Source: an uncultured Pirellulaceae bacterium (GTDB taxonomy: Bacteria; Planctomycetota; Planctomycetia; Pirellulales; Pirellulaceae). Taken from it: a DNA stretch of 64,000 nt. The notes beneath the pieces are model-generated. The model did not search any database. It worked only from the letters and a program-made list of their open reading frames with translations, and was not told the origin of the DNA. How positions within the stretch are numbered: position 1 is the first letter of the stretch; each line of letters opens with the position of its first letter. A program made the translations under genes and the position numbers. The stretch is from positions 3,956 to 67,955 of the forward strand of contig CAYPXY010000020.1 in the NCBI GenBank assembly GCA_964414815.1, in the 5' to 3' direction. Below are positions 46,467-55,558 of this stretch, piece by piece.

Positions 46467-47681
46467 ATGTCTGACTGTGTTTTGGCCTATTCTGGAGGAC
46501 TCGATACATCCGTGATTCTCGGCTGGTTGATCGATCAAGGCTATGATGTTCATGCCGTTTATGTCGATCTGGGTCAGCCGTGCGAAGATCGCGAAGCCGT
46601 TTTAATCAAGGCCCGAAGTGCGGGCGCAAAATCGGCTCGTATCGTCGATGCACGCGAGGAACTGTGTCGTGATTTTGCATTTCCAGTTCTAGCCTGGCAA
46701 GCCAAATATGAAGGGCCGTATCTGCTGGGGACGTCAATCGCTCGTCCGCTGATTTCCAAAGTCTGTTTGCAGGTCGCTCGCGAAGTCGGCGCGACTGTCT
46801 TTGCGCACGGCGCCACCGGAAAAGGAAACGATCAATGCCGTTTCCAATTGGCGGCCGAAGCGCTCGATGCCAATATCACCGTCGTCGCGCCCTGGCGAAT
46901 CAAAGCCTTCCGCGATCAGTTCCCCGGGCGGACGGAGTTGATCGCGTACTGCGAATCGAAAAATATTCCGGTCAAAGCATCGGCGGCAAAACCGTACAGC
47001 AGCGATGAAAACTGCCTGCATATCAGCTATGAAGCTGGAAAACTGGAATCGCTTGATGTCAATGGCGTGGAACTGGTAGAGTTCGGGATGGGCGTATCAC
47101 CTGAAGCCGCTCCCGACAAAAAAGAAACGGTGACGATCGATTTTGAATCCGGCGTGCCCGTCGCTGTCAACGGAAAATCGTTGACCGCACTGGAAATCGT
47201 CGAAACCTTGAATCAACGGGGCGGTCGCAATGGAGTCGGGCGAATCGACATGGTGGAAAATCGCTTTGTCGGAATGAAGAGTCGCGGAGTTTATGAAGCT
47301 CCCGGCATGACGATTCTGTATATGGCCCATCGGCTCGTGGAACAACTGACGATGGATCGGGATTTGATGCACTTGCGAGATCGACTCTCGCCCGAAGTCG
47401 CCGAAATGGTCTACTACGGTTTCTGGTACTGTCCCAAGTTTGATGCGCTGCTGGCGTTCAACCAGCAAGCCCAGAAGAATGTCACCGGCAGCGTCACGCT
47501 GGACCTCTACAAAGGAAACATCGCGGTCGCCAAACGGTCAAGCCCGTTGAGCCTCTATGATGAGTCGATCGCCACGATGGAAGGCGGTGGCGCCTACAAT
47601 CAGGACGACGCGGAAGGTTTTCTGAGAATTCAGGGATTGCCGGGACGAGTTCAAGCTCGAATGAATCCGAGAGAGTATTGA
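46467..47681 (+). CDS. argG: Argininosuccinate synthase
   Basis: 'LAYSGGLDTS' and 'HGATGKGNDQCRF'. Confidence 0.97.
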   Translation: MSDCVLAYSGGLDTSVILGWLIDQGYDVHAVYVDLGQPCEDREAVLIKARSAGAKSARIVDAREELCRDFAFPVLAWQAKYEGPYLLGTSIARPLISKVCLQVAREVGATVFAHGATGKGNDQCRFQLAAEALDANITVVAPWRIKAFRDQFPGRTELIAYCESKNIPVKASAAKPYSSDENCLHISYEAGKLESLDVNGVELVEFGMGVSPEAAPDKKETVTIDFESGVPVAVNGKSLTALEIVETLNQRGGRNGVGRIDMVENRFVGMKSRGVYEAPGMTILYMAHRLVEQLTMDRDLMHLRDRLSPEVAEMVYYGFWYCPKFDALLAFNQQAQKNVTGSVTLDLYKGNIAVAKRSSPLSLYDESIATMEGGGAYNQDDAEGFLRIQGLPGRVQARMNPREY

Positions 47682-47688
47682 TTTATAA

Positions 47689-49335
47689 ATGTTAAATTTT
47701 ATACATATCGTGGTTTTCGCTCTCTTCGTAGTTAGCCATTGGTTTGGAGGGGCGATTCAGGCTCAGTCGCAAGACTCCAAAACTCCGCCCCCCGTCGAAG
47801 TGTATATGGGGCGCCGGATTGCCCAGACGATGCACTTTGGGGGTGCGGAGTGGTTGATTCGCGATGAGCGCGAACGCGAGGAGCGATGTTCGCTGATGCT
47901 GACCAACCTGGGGATCAAGCCGGGGCAGGTGATCTGCGACATGGGCTGCGGCAACGGGTTCTACACCTTGCAGCTTGCCAAAATGCTGGGCGATCATGGA
48001 ACGGTCATCGGTGTGGATGTGCAACCTGAAATGCTGTCCATGTTGCGGGACCGAATGGAGCAGCAAGGTGTCGAAAATATTATTCCCATACTCGGCTCCT
48101 ATCACAGTCCCCGGCTTCCGGCGAACACGGTCGATCGGGTGCTGATGGTCGATGTTTACCATGAGTTTTCGCACCCGGAATCCATGCTCGCGGGCATTCG
48201 CAAAAGTCTTAAACCGGACGGTCAAATTGTGCTGGTGGAATATCGGGAGGAGGACCCAAGCGTTCCGATCAAGCCTCTGCACAAAATGAGCAAGCAGCAA
48301 ATCGACAAGGAAATGCAGGCCAACGGTTTCAAGCTGGTTTCGCAATTTGAGCACCTGCCTTGGCAACACATGATGTTCTACGGGATCGACGATCAGTGGC
48401 AAGGTCATGCAGTGGAACCGGAGCCGGCCTATGATCCCATGGCGGTCAACGAAGAGGGAATTGATCAAACGACGTTTACCGTCGAAGACAAAACGCGCAG
48501 CCGCGATATTCCGATTCGGGTTTACCTGCCAGCCGATACTCGTCCAGCGCCCGTGATTCTGTTCAGTCACGGCTTGGGTGGAAGCCGTGACAACAACCCG
48601 TATCTGGGCAGACATTGGTCGGCTCGCGGATACGTGGCGGTCTTCATGCAGCATCCCGGCAGCGACGAAGACGTTTGGCGCGGCGTTCGTTTGGGCCAGC
48701 GGCTGGCCGAGATGCGCAAGGCGGCCAGTGCCGAAAACTTCCAGTTGCGAGTCAAGGATGTACCCGCCGTCATCGATCAACTGGAACGATGGAATCAGGA
48801 AGCCCATCATGAGCTTGGTCAGCGAATGGATCTGACGCGAATCGGCATGTGTGGCCATTCGTTCGGTGCCGTCACCACGCAGGCCGTCTCCGGTCAAACC
48901 TTTCTGGGCCAGCAGGCATTCACCGACGCGCGCATCCAAGCGGCATTGGCGATGAGTCCGAGTAAAAGCAAAACGCTAACTCCCGAACGGTCGTTTGGCA
49001 ACGTTTCGATCCCGTGGCTATTGATGAGCGGAACCAACGACACGTCCGTCATCAACGATACGACTGTCGAAGATCGTTTGGCGGTTTATCCGGCGCTGCC
49101 AACGGGCCATAAATACGAATTGGTACTTGATGAGGCGGAGCATTCGGCGTTTAACGAGCGCGGCCTACCGGGCGATCGCGACCGCCGTAACCCCAACCAT
49201 CACCGCGCCATTCTCGCGATCAGCACCGCCTTTTGGGACACTTACCTAAAGGAAGAAAAACCCGCACGGGAATGGCTCGACAGCGATACCGTTCGTCAAG
49301 TTCTTGAGCCCCAGGATCGCTGGCAGCGGAAGTAG
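47689..49335 (+). CDS. Fusion protein: signal/anchor + class I SAM-methyltransferase domain + alpha/beta hydrolase (PAF-acetylhydrolase/dienelactone-hydrolase-like) domain
   Basis: 'VICDMGCGNGFYT' motif I and nucleophile elbow 'GHSFGA'. Hydrophobic N-terminus 'IVVFALFVVSHWFGGAIQA'. Confidence 0.75.
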   Translation: MLNFIHIVVFALFVVSHWFGGAIQAQSQDSKTPPPVEVYMGRRIAQTMHFGGAEWLIRDEREREERCSLMLTNLGIKPGQVICDMGCGNGFYTLQLAKMLGDHGTVIGVDVQPEMLSMLRDRMEQQGVENIIPILGSYHSPRLPANTVDRVLMVDVYHEFSHPESMLAGIRKSLKPDGQIVLVEYREEDPSVPIKPLHKMSKQQIDKEMQANGFKLVSQFEHLPWQHMMFYGIDDQWQGHAVEPEPAYDPMAVNEEGIDQTTFTVEDKTRSRDIPIRVYLPADTRPAPVILFSHGLGGSRDNNPYLGRHWSARGYVAVFMQHPGSDEDVWRGVRLGQRLAEMRKAASAENFQLRVKDVPAVIDQLERWNQEAHHELGQRMDLTRIGMCGHSFGAVTTQAVSGQTFLGQQAFTDARIQAALAMSPSKSKTLTPERSFGNVSIPWLLMSGTNDTSVINDTTVEDRLAVYPALPTGHKYELVLDEAEHSAFNERGLPGDRDRRNPNHHRAILAISTAFWDTYLKEEKPAREWLDSDTVRQVLEPQDRWQRK

Positions 49336-49399
49336 GGAGCAGGGTAACGGGCAAACTTTTTTTGTAGCCGTTCACGAATTTAAGGTTTGGGAGTACGAG

Positions 49400-50467
49400 T
49401 CATTCGCTTTTGCGTTTTCTGTGCAGCTTGTTTTTCTTTGCTTCCGACTCGATCCTCTTCAGTTCGTCGATCGACTTCTCAAAATGTTCATCTACCGGCT
49501 GGCGGCGCGACGCTTGCTGCTGCTTGAATCTGGCAAACTCGGTTTCAGCTTTCTCTTTCGCTTCATCGTGTGAGATTTTGCCAGCGTGATCGAGAATCTC
49601 GCGACCGGAAAGTCTCAGGAAGTCATCCAGCTTGGTTATCCAGTCTGCCATGGTCATCGGCTTGCGATTGAGCGCCTGTAGTTCGGCAAACTCCAGGTAG
49701 GCCGTGACGATTCGGTTCAGCGCCTCAATCTCATCGGACTGAAGATAGTTCTTCGCAATCGATACATCGGTTTTGCGAGGACGGGTTCCGTCCCAGGTGG
49801 TCAAGCCCATGTGGAACTGCGATGAATCAGCGCGGGCATGAACGATTTCCGCAGCCGTATGACCGTGTGCTGCCCAGTGCATCTTGTTTTGTATGGTTTT
49901 GAAGAAGGCTTGGGATGCCTCGACTGTTGGGTCGTAGTCGATGCTGGTGGCGTAGATGTCAAGCACTTTTCGCCAAAACACCCGCTCGCTGCTGCGGATG
50001 TCGCGGATGCGGGCGAGCAGTTCTTCGAAGTAGTTGCCGCCACCGGCCTGCTTGAGCCGGGAATCATCCATCGCAAATCCCTTGACGAGGTATTCGCGCA
50101 GTCGCTGCGTGGCCCAAATACGAAACTGCGTGCCTCGGTGCGACCGGACGCGGTAGCCGACTGAGATGATTACGTCGAGGTTGTAGTGTTCAATTTGACG
50201 GGAAATCTCGCGATTTCCTTCAGTTTGAACTATTAAGTAACGCTTAATAGTTGCCTCGCGCTCGAGTTCGCACTCCTCATAGATCGTTGTAAGATGCTGA
50301 TTGATGTTGGGTACGGTCGTCTGGAACAGTTCGGCCATCTGTCGCTGGGTCAGCCACACGGTTTCCTGCTCCATGCGAACGTCGATACGGGTCTGACCGT
50401 CTTCAGTCTGATAGAGAATAAACTCACCCGCGCCATCGGGATCGGGTGATGGTAAATTTCCGGTCAT
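49400..50467 (-). CDS. RhuM-family (virulence-associated, Fic/DOC-neighbourhood) protein
   Basis: 'YNLDVIISVGYRVRS..GTQFRIWAT..L..YL.KGF' pattern recalled as RhuM family. Confidence 0.7.
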   Translation of the reverse strand: MTGNLPSPDPDGAGEFILYQTEDGQTRIDVRMEQETVWLTQRQMAELFQTTVPNINQHLTTIYEECELEREATIKRYLIVQTEGNREISRQIEHYNLDVIISVGYRVRSHRGTQFRIWATQRLREYLVKGFAMDDSRLKQAGGGNYFEELLARIRDIRSSERVFWRKVLDIYATSIDYDPTVEASQAFFKTIQNKMHWAAHGHTAAEIVHARADSSQFHMGLTTWDGTRPRKTDVSIAKNYLQSDEIEALNRIVTAYLEFAELQALNRKPMTMADWITKLDDFLRLSGREILDHAGKISHDEAKEKAETEFARFKQQQASRRQPVDEHFEKSIDELKRIESEAKKNKLHRKRKSE

Positions 50468-50518
50468 GAGGATTCCTTACGGATAATAAGCAGGACCACA
50501 TACTCTCGAGTGAAGCGT

Positions 50519-50701
50519 TGCTGATCCTGGCCCCCACCGAATAAATTCGGTGGGGAGCGTTTGGTCTGACATGACGTTTTAGCAGCTGATCCTCACTTCC
50601 ACCGAAATAAATTCGGTAGGGAGTTGTTCCACTGTTTAAGTTTGCGGTATTCGGGCTTGCCCCTGCGGACTGCAATCGGGCTTGTCCCTGTGGACAGCCA
50701 T
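50519..50701. repeat. Two pairs of direct repeats between recA and the RhuM gene. First pair: CTGATCC...CCACCGAA(A)TAAATTCGGT(G/A)GGGAG hairpins at 50519-50557 and 50584-50622. Second pair: tandem CGGGCTTG(C/T)CCCTG(C/T)GGAC units at 50652-50701
   Basis: Read directly. Confidence 0.8.
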
Positions 50702-50718
50702 CAACCCGATGCCGTTTT

Positions 50719-51843
50719 TTATGAATCGCCGACATCATCGGATGCGTCGTCACCCGGTTCTTGACCGCTGCCGAATGCCGTAGCGATCTCTTCCGTGTAG
50801 CCGCCGGCGGCCATGACTTGGTCGCGGATTTGTTCGCAGACATCGGGGTTCTCAAGCAGATAGTTGCGAGCTTTTTCCTTGCCTTGGCCAAGATGAATCG
50901 AATCGAACTTGAACCAGGCACCGCTGCGGACGACGATCTTGTGGGCCACACCGAGATCGAGTACATCGCCCTCGTAGCTGATCCCGTTGGTGTGCATCAT
51001 ATCGAACTCGGCAACGCGGAACGGAGGAGCGACTTTGTTTTTCACGATTTTTGCTTTGACGCGTTGGCCGACTTGCGTTTCACCGTCTTTCAACGTGCCG
51101 ATTTTGCGAACGTCGATCCGAACGGAAGTGTAAAATTTCAATGCCCGGCCGCCGGGGGTGGTTTCGGGGCTGCCAAACATCACACCGATCTTTTCACGGA
51201 TCTGGTTGATGAAAATCGTACAGGTTTTGCTGCGAGCGATCGCACCGGTCAGTTTTCGCAGCGACTGGCTCATCAAGCGGGCTTGCAGGCCGACGTGCGA
51301 GTCGCCGATCTCGCCTTCAAGTTCCTTTTTAGGAACCAGTGCGGCCACTGAGTCGACAACGATCACGTCCACCGAGTTCGATTTGATCAGCATCTCGACG
51401 ATTTGCATCGCTTCTTCACCGCTGCTTGGCTGGCTGACCAGCAGCGTATCGAGCGACACGCCGACTTTCTTGGCCCACGTCGGATCGAAAGCATGTTCCG
51501 CATCGACAATCGCGGCGATCCCGCCACTTTTTTGGGCCTGTGCAATGGTATGCAGAGCCAGCGTTGTTTTACCGCTGGATTCGGGGCCAAAAATTTCGAT
51601 GATCCGCCCGCAAGGAAGCCCCGCTCCGCCGAGAGCCATATCCAGCGACAGACTTCCGGTCGGAATCCCACGAATCTGTTGAGTCGAATCGTTTCCGAGT
51701 GCCATAATCGAGCCGGCTCCGAACTGGGCTTCGATTTGCTGGACCGCCGTTTTGAGGTGTTCGTTTTCAGCCAGCATCTTTTCGACGGCTGTTGCACCTT
51801 GAGCTTTTTCGTCAGACTTTTTGACTGTTTTGGTCTTTGCCAT
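50719..51843 (-). CDS. recA: Recombinase RecA
   Basis: Walker A '[10 protein letters not shown]' and 'IVVDSVAAL'. Start at 'MAKTKT'. The ORF track extends 3 codons further, to 51852. Confidence 0.97.
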   Translation of the reverse strand: MAKTKTVKKSDEKAQGATAVEKMLAENEHLKTAVQQIEAQFGAGSIMALGNDSTQQIRGIPTGSLSLDMALGGAGLPCGRIIEIFGPESSGKTTLALHTIAQAQKSGGIAAIVDAEHAFDPTWAKKVGVSLDTLLVSQPSSGEEAMQIVEMLIKSNSVDVIVVDSVAALVPKKELEGEIGDSHVGLQARLMSQSLRKLTGAIARSKTCTIFINQIREKIGVMFGSPETTPGGRALKFYTSVRIDVRKIGTLKDGETQVGQRVKAKIVKNKVAPPFRVAEFDMMHTNGISYEGDVLDLGVAHKIVVRSGAWFKFDSIHLGQGKEKARNYLLENPDVCEQIRDQVMAAGGYTEEIATAFGSGQEPGDDASDDVGDS

Positions 51844-51962
51844 GATATGCATCCTTTATAAGAGTGGGTCGCCTGCGATTCGAGCGAATTGCAGTCAGTT
51901 TACGATAGGGTTGTGTGAAGTGGATTTCAAGTACGGTAAGCGGTCTTTTTCGGGACTCCCTT

Positions 51963-52079
51963 TAGGCGACCGGCAGGCAAAAGTTTACCCAAGCCGAATT
52001 GTGTTTCTCAGATGCTGAGTTGCGAGTCGCGGAGCGACTCGCCTACACTAGGGTACGTCTTTATCTGCCGGTCGCCTTA
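51963..52079. repeat. Family-2 element with flanking inverted arms TAGGCGACCGGCAGGCAAAAGTTTACCC / GGGTACGTCTTTATCTGCCGGTCGCCTTA around the hairpin GCGAGTCGCGGAGCGACTCGC
   Basis: Read directly. Homologous to 26974-27090. Confidence 0.85.
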
Positions 52080-52257
52080 TGGGGCTTGCGTTTCCTGATC
52101 CTCAACAAGTATCGCGACCCGATTGTCACATTGGGTCACTGGCGAAGGCTATTTTTGAAAATTTCGAATTTTTTTCTGGTGAGACGGGGAACCTCTTGGA
52201 GAAGGTTCGTTATTTGGTCCATCAGGCGGGAGAACCAGGCGTGAAATTGTATTTCAA

Positions 52258-55200
52258 ATGAGTTACACTATTTGGAGTACGGAAATTCAAATATTTTCTC
52301 GGACGGTGCCTTACATGTTGATTCGTGTTTTTATCATTGGGTGCATTGTCACCGTTGCGGTCGGAGCCTTCAGCGTTGATCAGGATCAGGATTCGCCCGT
52401 CCAGCCGACCTCCTTGCCTGATCGCGTTTCTTTCAACGCTCACATCCGCCCGATCATGTCGAACACCTGTTTCGTCTGTCATGGGCCGGACGAAGAAGCC
52501 AACCTCAGTGATCTGAGGCTCGATTCGTTTGAGGCCGCAGTGGAAGGAGGCGCGATCAAGCCGGGAAACGCGCTGGCGTCGGTGCTGTTTGAACGTCTCA
52601 CCGACAAGGATTCTCCGATGCCGCCCGCCGATTTTAGGCATCAATTAAGTCCTCACGAAATCGAGCTGTTGAGGAAATGGATCGAACAGGGCGCCGACTA
52701 CGAACAGCACTGGTCGTTCATGTCGATCGAGCGACCCGACGTCCCTGAAGTCGCTCATGCAGATCGAGTCGCGAATCCGATTGATGCATTTATTTTGCAG
52801 CGACTGGAGCAAACATCGCCGGAACTGGCCGATCGGGCCTTGGTGAGAGCCGACAAGCGAACGCTGCTTCGCCGGTTGAGTCTCGACCTGACTGGATTGC
52901 CGCCCACGAACGCGGAGCTTGAGCAATTTCTGGCCGACGATTCGGCGGACGCCTACGAGCGGCAGGTCGATCGACTTCTGGCGTCGCCCCGATATGGTGA
53001 GCGGATGGCGTCAAGTTGGCTCGATGTCGTTCGGTTTTCGGATACGGTCGGTTTTCACGGCGATCAGAACCATCGCGTGTTTGCCTATCGCGACTATGTG
53101 ATTGAGTCGATCAACGACAATAAACCGTTTGATCAATTTACAAAAGAACAACTGGCTGGCGATCTGCTGGACCATCCAACCGACCAGCAGCGAATCGCCA
53201 CCGCATTGATTCGACTGAACATGATGACTCGCGAAGGCGGAGCACAACCGGGCGAGTACATTGCGAAATACACGGCGGATCGGGTGAGGACGATTGGAAC
53301 CGCTTGGCTGGGGCTGACGACGGGTTGCGCCGAATGCCACAATCACAAATACGATCCGCTGACAATTCGTGATTTTTATTCCTTGGGAGCATTTTTTGAC
53401 GACATCCAGCAATGGGGTGTTTATCACAGCTACGACTATACGCCCAATCCTGATCTGCGAGGATTTTCCAACGATCATCCGTTTCCACCCGAGTTGCGTT
53501 CGCAAAGTCAATCGCTGATCGATCAGATTAAAAGGCTTGAGCTGGCGATGGCTTGTTCGATCGTGCAGGAAGTCGGTCAGAAGGCGTGGCATCAGCCTGA
53601 ATTTCTGGAGTGGCTGGAAAAGATGCATGACGATCTGAAAAAACATCCCGACGGATGGACGCCACTTGCAATCACGGAATTTGCTTCTGAGAAAGGGACT
53701 GATATCAAAGCGCTCGATGATACGCTGTTGCCGACCGGACAACCCAACGCGGAGGATGTCATCACCGTGACGGCGAACGTCGATCAACCTACAACGATCA
53801 AGGCGATTCGGCTCGAAGTGCTCCCGGATGAAGCCAATGGCGGAAATGTGGGGCGAAGCAACGGGCGGTTCAGTATCTCGATGTCGGTTTTCAGTCCGGC
53901 CGATCAAGAAGCAAAAATTGCGTTTGCTCAGGTTGATCGCCTGAATCCAAATCGATATTACAGCGGGTTTGAATCGCGATTTCTTTCGGGGGCTTGGCGA
54001 TCCGGGCCAGCCAGATGGCAGCTCCCGGCGGACGAGATGCGTTATCCACATACGGCGGTTTATCATCTGGAGTCACCCCTGGAAATTACAGAAGGCCAGG
54101 CGATCGTTTTCAAGATCGCCAGTCCTGACATCGGCCGATTCAGGATTTCGATCTCTCCGCTGACTCGATATGTTGCAGGGATGACCGCATTGACGGACGG
54201 ATTGCAATGGTCGGCTGATCGGATCCATGAGCCTCATGTGATTGCGGGTGAGCAACTGGCCATGTGGATTGCCGCTTGGGTGCTCGCCAAGACTCCGGCC
54301 AATGATCTTTCCGAATCGGTGAAACGGTTGCGCGATGAGATCGCGGAATGCCGAAGTGGCTATGCGATGACGATGGTGACCGAGCAGGCTGATCCGAAAA
54401 AGCGACAGCAAACGCGCGTTCTACCTCGCGGGAATTGGCAGGACGAATCGGGGGAGAAGTTACTGCCCGATACTCCATCATTCCTTCCGAAATTGCCGGA
54501 CGTTGGTGAAAGGCAAATGACACGACTCGATCTGGCGAACTGGTTGACTTCGAAAGAAAACCCGCTGACCGCACGGCACTTTGCGAATCGGACGTGGAAA
54601 CATTTTTTTGGCACGGGGCTTTCAAACCAGCTTGACGATCTGGGCAATCAGGGTGAGTGGCCCAGCCATCCCGAATTGCTGGATTGGCTGGCCGCCGAGT
54701 TTCAGTCGGATTGGGATATGAAAAAGCTGGTTCGATTGATCGTGACCAGCAACACGTATCAACAATGTGTCGCGGGTGACAGCCGCAATGCTGAAATCGA
54801 TCCGTATAACCGCTTGCTGGCGTCGCAGGCTCCGCGACGGCTGGAAGCAGAAACGGTTCGTGACAATGCGCTGGCGATTTCTGGGTTGCTCAACGTCGAT
54901 TACGTGGGTGGGCCGAGTGTGTTCCCCTATCAACCGGAAAATTACTACGCGAATCTGCAGTTTCCGGATCGACGTTACGTCGCCAGTCCTGATTTTCTTC
55001 AGTACCGCCGCGGCGTGTATGTTCACTGGCAGCGAACATTTTTGCATCCTTCCCTGCTCAATTTCGACGCTCCGGCGCGCGACGAATGCGTGGCCGATCG
55101 ACCCCTGTCCAATAGTCCGCAACAGGCCTTGACGTTGCTCAACGATCCTCAGTTCGTTGAGATGAGCGTCGCCTTTGCAAACCGATTGTTAAATGTCGCC

Positions 55201-55557
55201 AAGCAACCCATCCCAACCCGAAGCGTAAGCGAGGGACCATCAGAACTCTTAGGTGGAAATGCACGTGACGATGATGTCAAGGTCCATTCTGATTTCACGA
55301 CGCTGCTCGACCAGGCTTTCACGATCGCGCTCTCCCGACCGCCATCGCCCATGGAACGCGACGGCCTCGAGCGGCTCTATCAACGCCAGAAGGAACACTA
55401 CACTCACAATGCCGAAGATCGCAAGTCGCTGTTGGCGAACTTGCGATCCATCGATTTACTCAAATCCTCGTCGGACACCGATCAAATTGAATTGGCCGCA
55501 TGGTCGCAAGTCTGTCGCGTGATTTTGAATTTGCATGAAACCATCACACGATACTGA
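52258..55557 (+). CDS. PSCyt1/DUF1549/DUF1553 protein, 1099 aa. The probable start is the internal Met at 52315
   Basis: 'CFVCHGPDEE', 'CAECHNHKYDPL', and C-terminal 'VILNLHETITRY'. Confidence 0.9.
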   Translation: MSYTIWSTEIQIFSRTVPYMLIRVFIIGCIVTVAVGAFSVDQDQDSPVQPTSLPDRVSFNAHIRPIMSNTCFVCHGPDEEANLSDLRLDSFEAAVEGGAIKPGNALASVLFERLTDKDSPMPPADFRHQLSPHEIELLRKWIEQGADYEQHWSFMSIERPDVPEVAHADRVANPIDAFILQRLEQTSPELADRALVRADKRTLLRRLSLDLTGLPPTNAELEQFLADDSADAYERQVDRLLASPRYGERMASSWLDVVRFSDTVGFHGDQNHRVFAYRDYVIESINDNKPFDQFTKEQLAGDLLDHPTDQQRIATALIRLNMMTREGGAQPGEYIAKYTADRVRTIGTAWLGLTTGCAECHNHKYDPLTIRDFYSLGAFFDDIQQWGVYHSYDYTPNPDLRGFSNDHPFPPELRSQSQSLIDQIKRLELAMACSIVQEVGQKAWHQPEFLEWLEKMHDDLKKHPDGWTPLAITEFASEKGTDIKALDDTLLPTGQPNAEDVITVTANVDQPTTIKAIRLEVLPDEANGGNVGRSNGRFSISMSVFSPADQEAKIAFAQVDRLNPNRYYSGFESRFLSGAWRSGPARWQLPADEMRYPHTAVYHLESPLEITEGQAIVFKIASPDIGRFRISISPLTRYVAGMTALTDGLQWSADRIHEPHVIAGEQLAMWIAAWVLAKTPANDLSESVKRLRDEIAECRSGYAMTMVTEQADPKKRQQTRVLPRGNWQDESGEKLLPDTPSFLPKLPDVGERQMTRLDLANWLTSKENPLTARHFANRTWKHFFGTGLSNQLDDLGNQGEWPSHPELLDWLAAEFQSDWDMKKLVRLIVTSNTYQQCVAGDSRNAEIDPYNRLLASQAPRRLEAETVRDNALAISGLLNVDYVGGPSVFPYQPENYYANLQFPDRRYVASPDFLQYRRGVYVHWQRTFLHPSLLNFDAPARDECVADRPLSNSPQQALTLLNDPQFVEMSVAFANRLLNVAKQPIPTRSVSEGPSELLGGNARDDDVKVHSDFTTLLDQAFTIALSRPPSPMERDGLERLYQRQKEHYTHNAEDRKSLLANLRSIDLLKSSSDTDQIELAAWSQVCRVILNLHETITRY
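55212..55237. repeat. Half copy of the family-1 core (CCCAACCCGAAGCGTAAGCGAGGGAC) inside the DUF1553 coding region, translated as PTRSVSEGP
   Basis: Read directly. Followed by GGTGGAAAT, as in the arms of copies E and G. Confidence 0.85.
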
Positions 55558-55558
55558 T

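Noticed and set aside
47692-48939. Very long antisense ORFs. Examples are 47692-48939 (415 aa), 53011-54066 (351 aa), 19169-20032 (287 aa), 11593-12315 (240 aa), 2490-3215 (241 aa) and 14476-15150 (224 aa).
   Set aside because: Each lies entirely opposite a gene with clear conserved motifs. Their translations are low-complexity, R/P/H-rich and without recognisable domains. This is the usual shadow-ORF effect of codon bias in a mid/high-GC genome.
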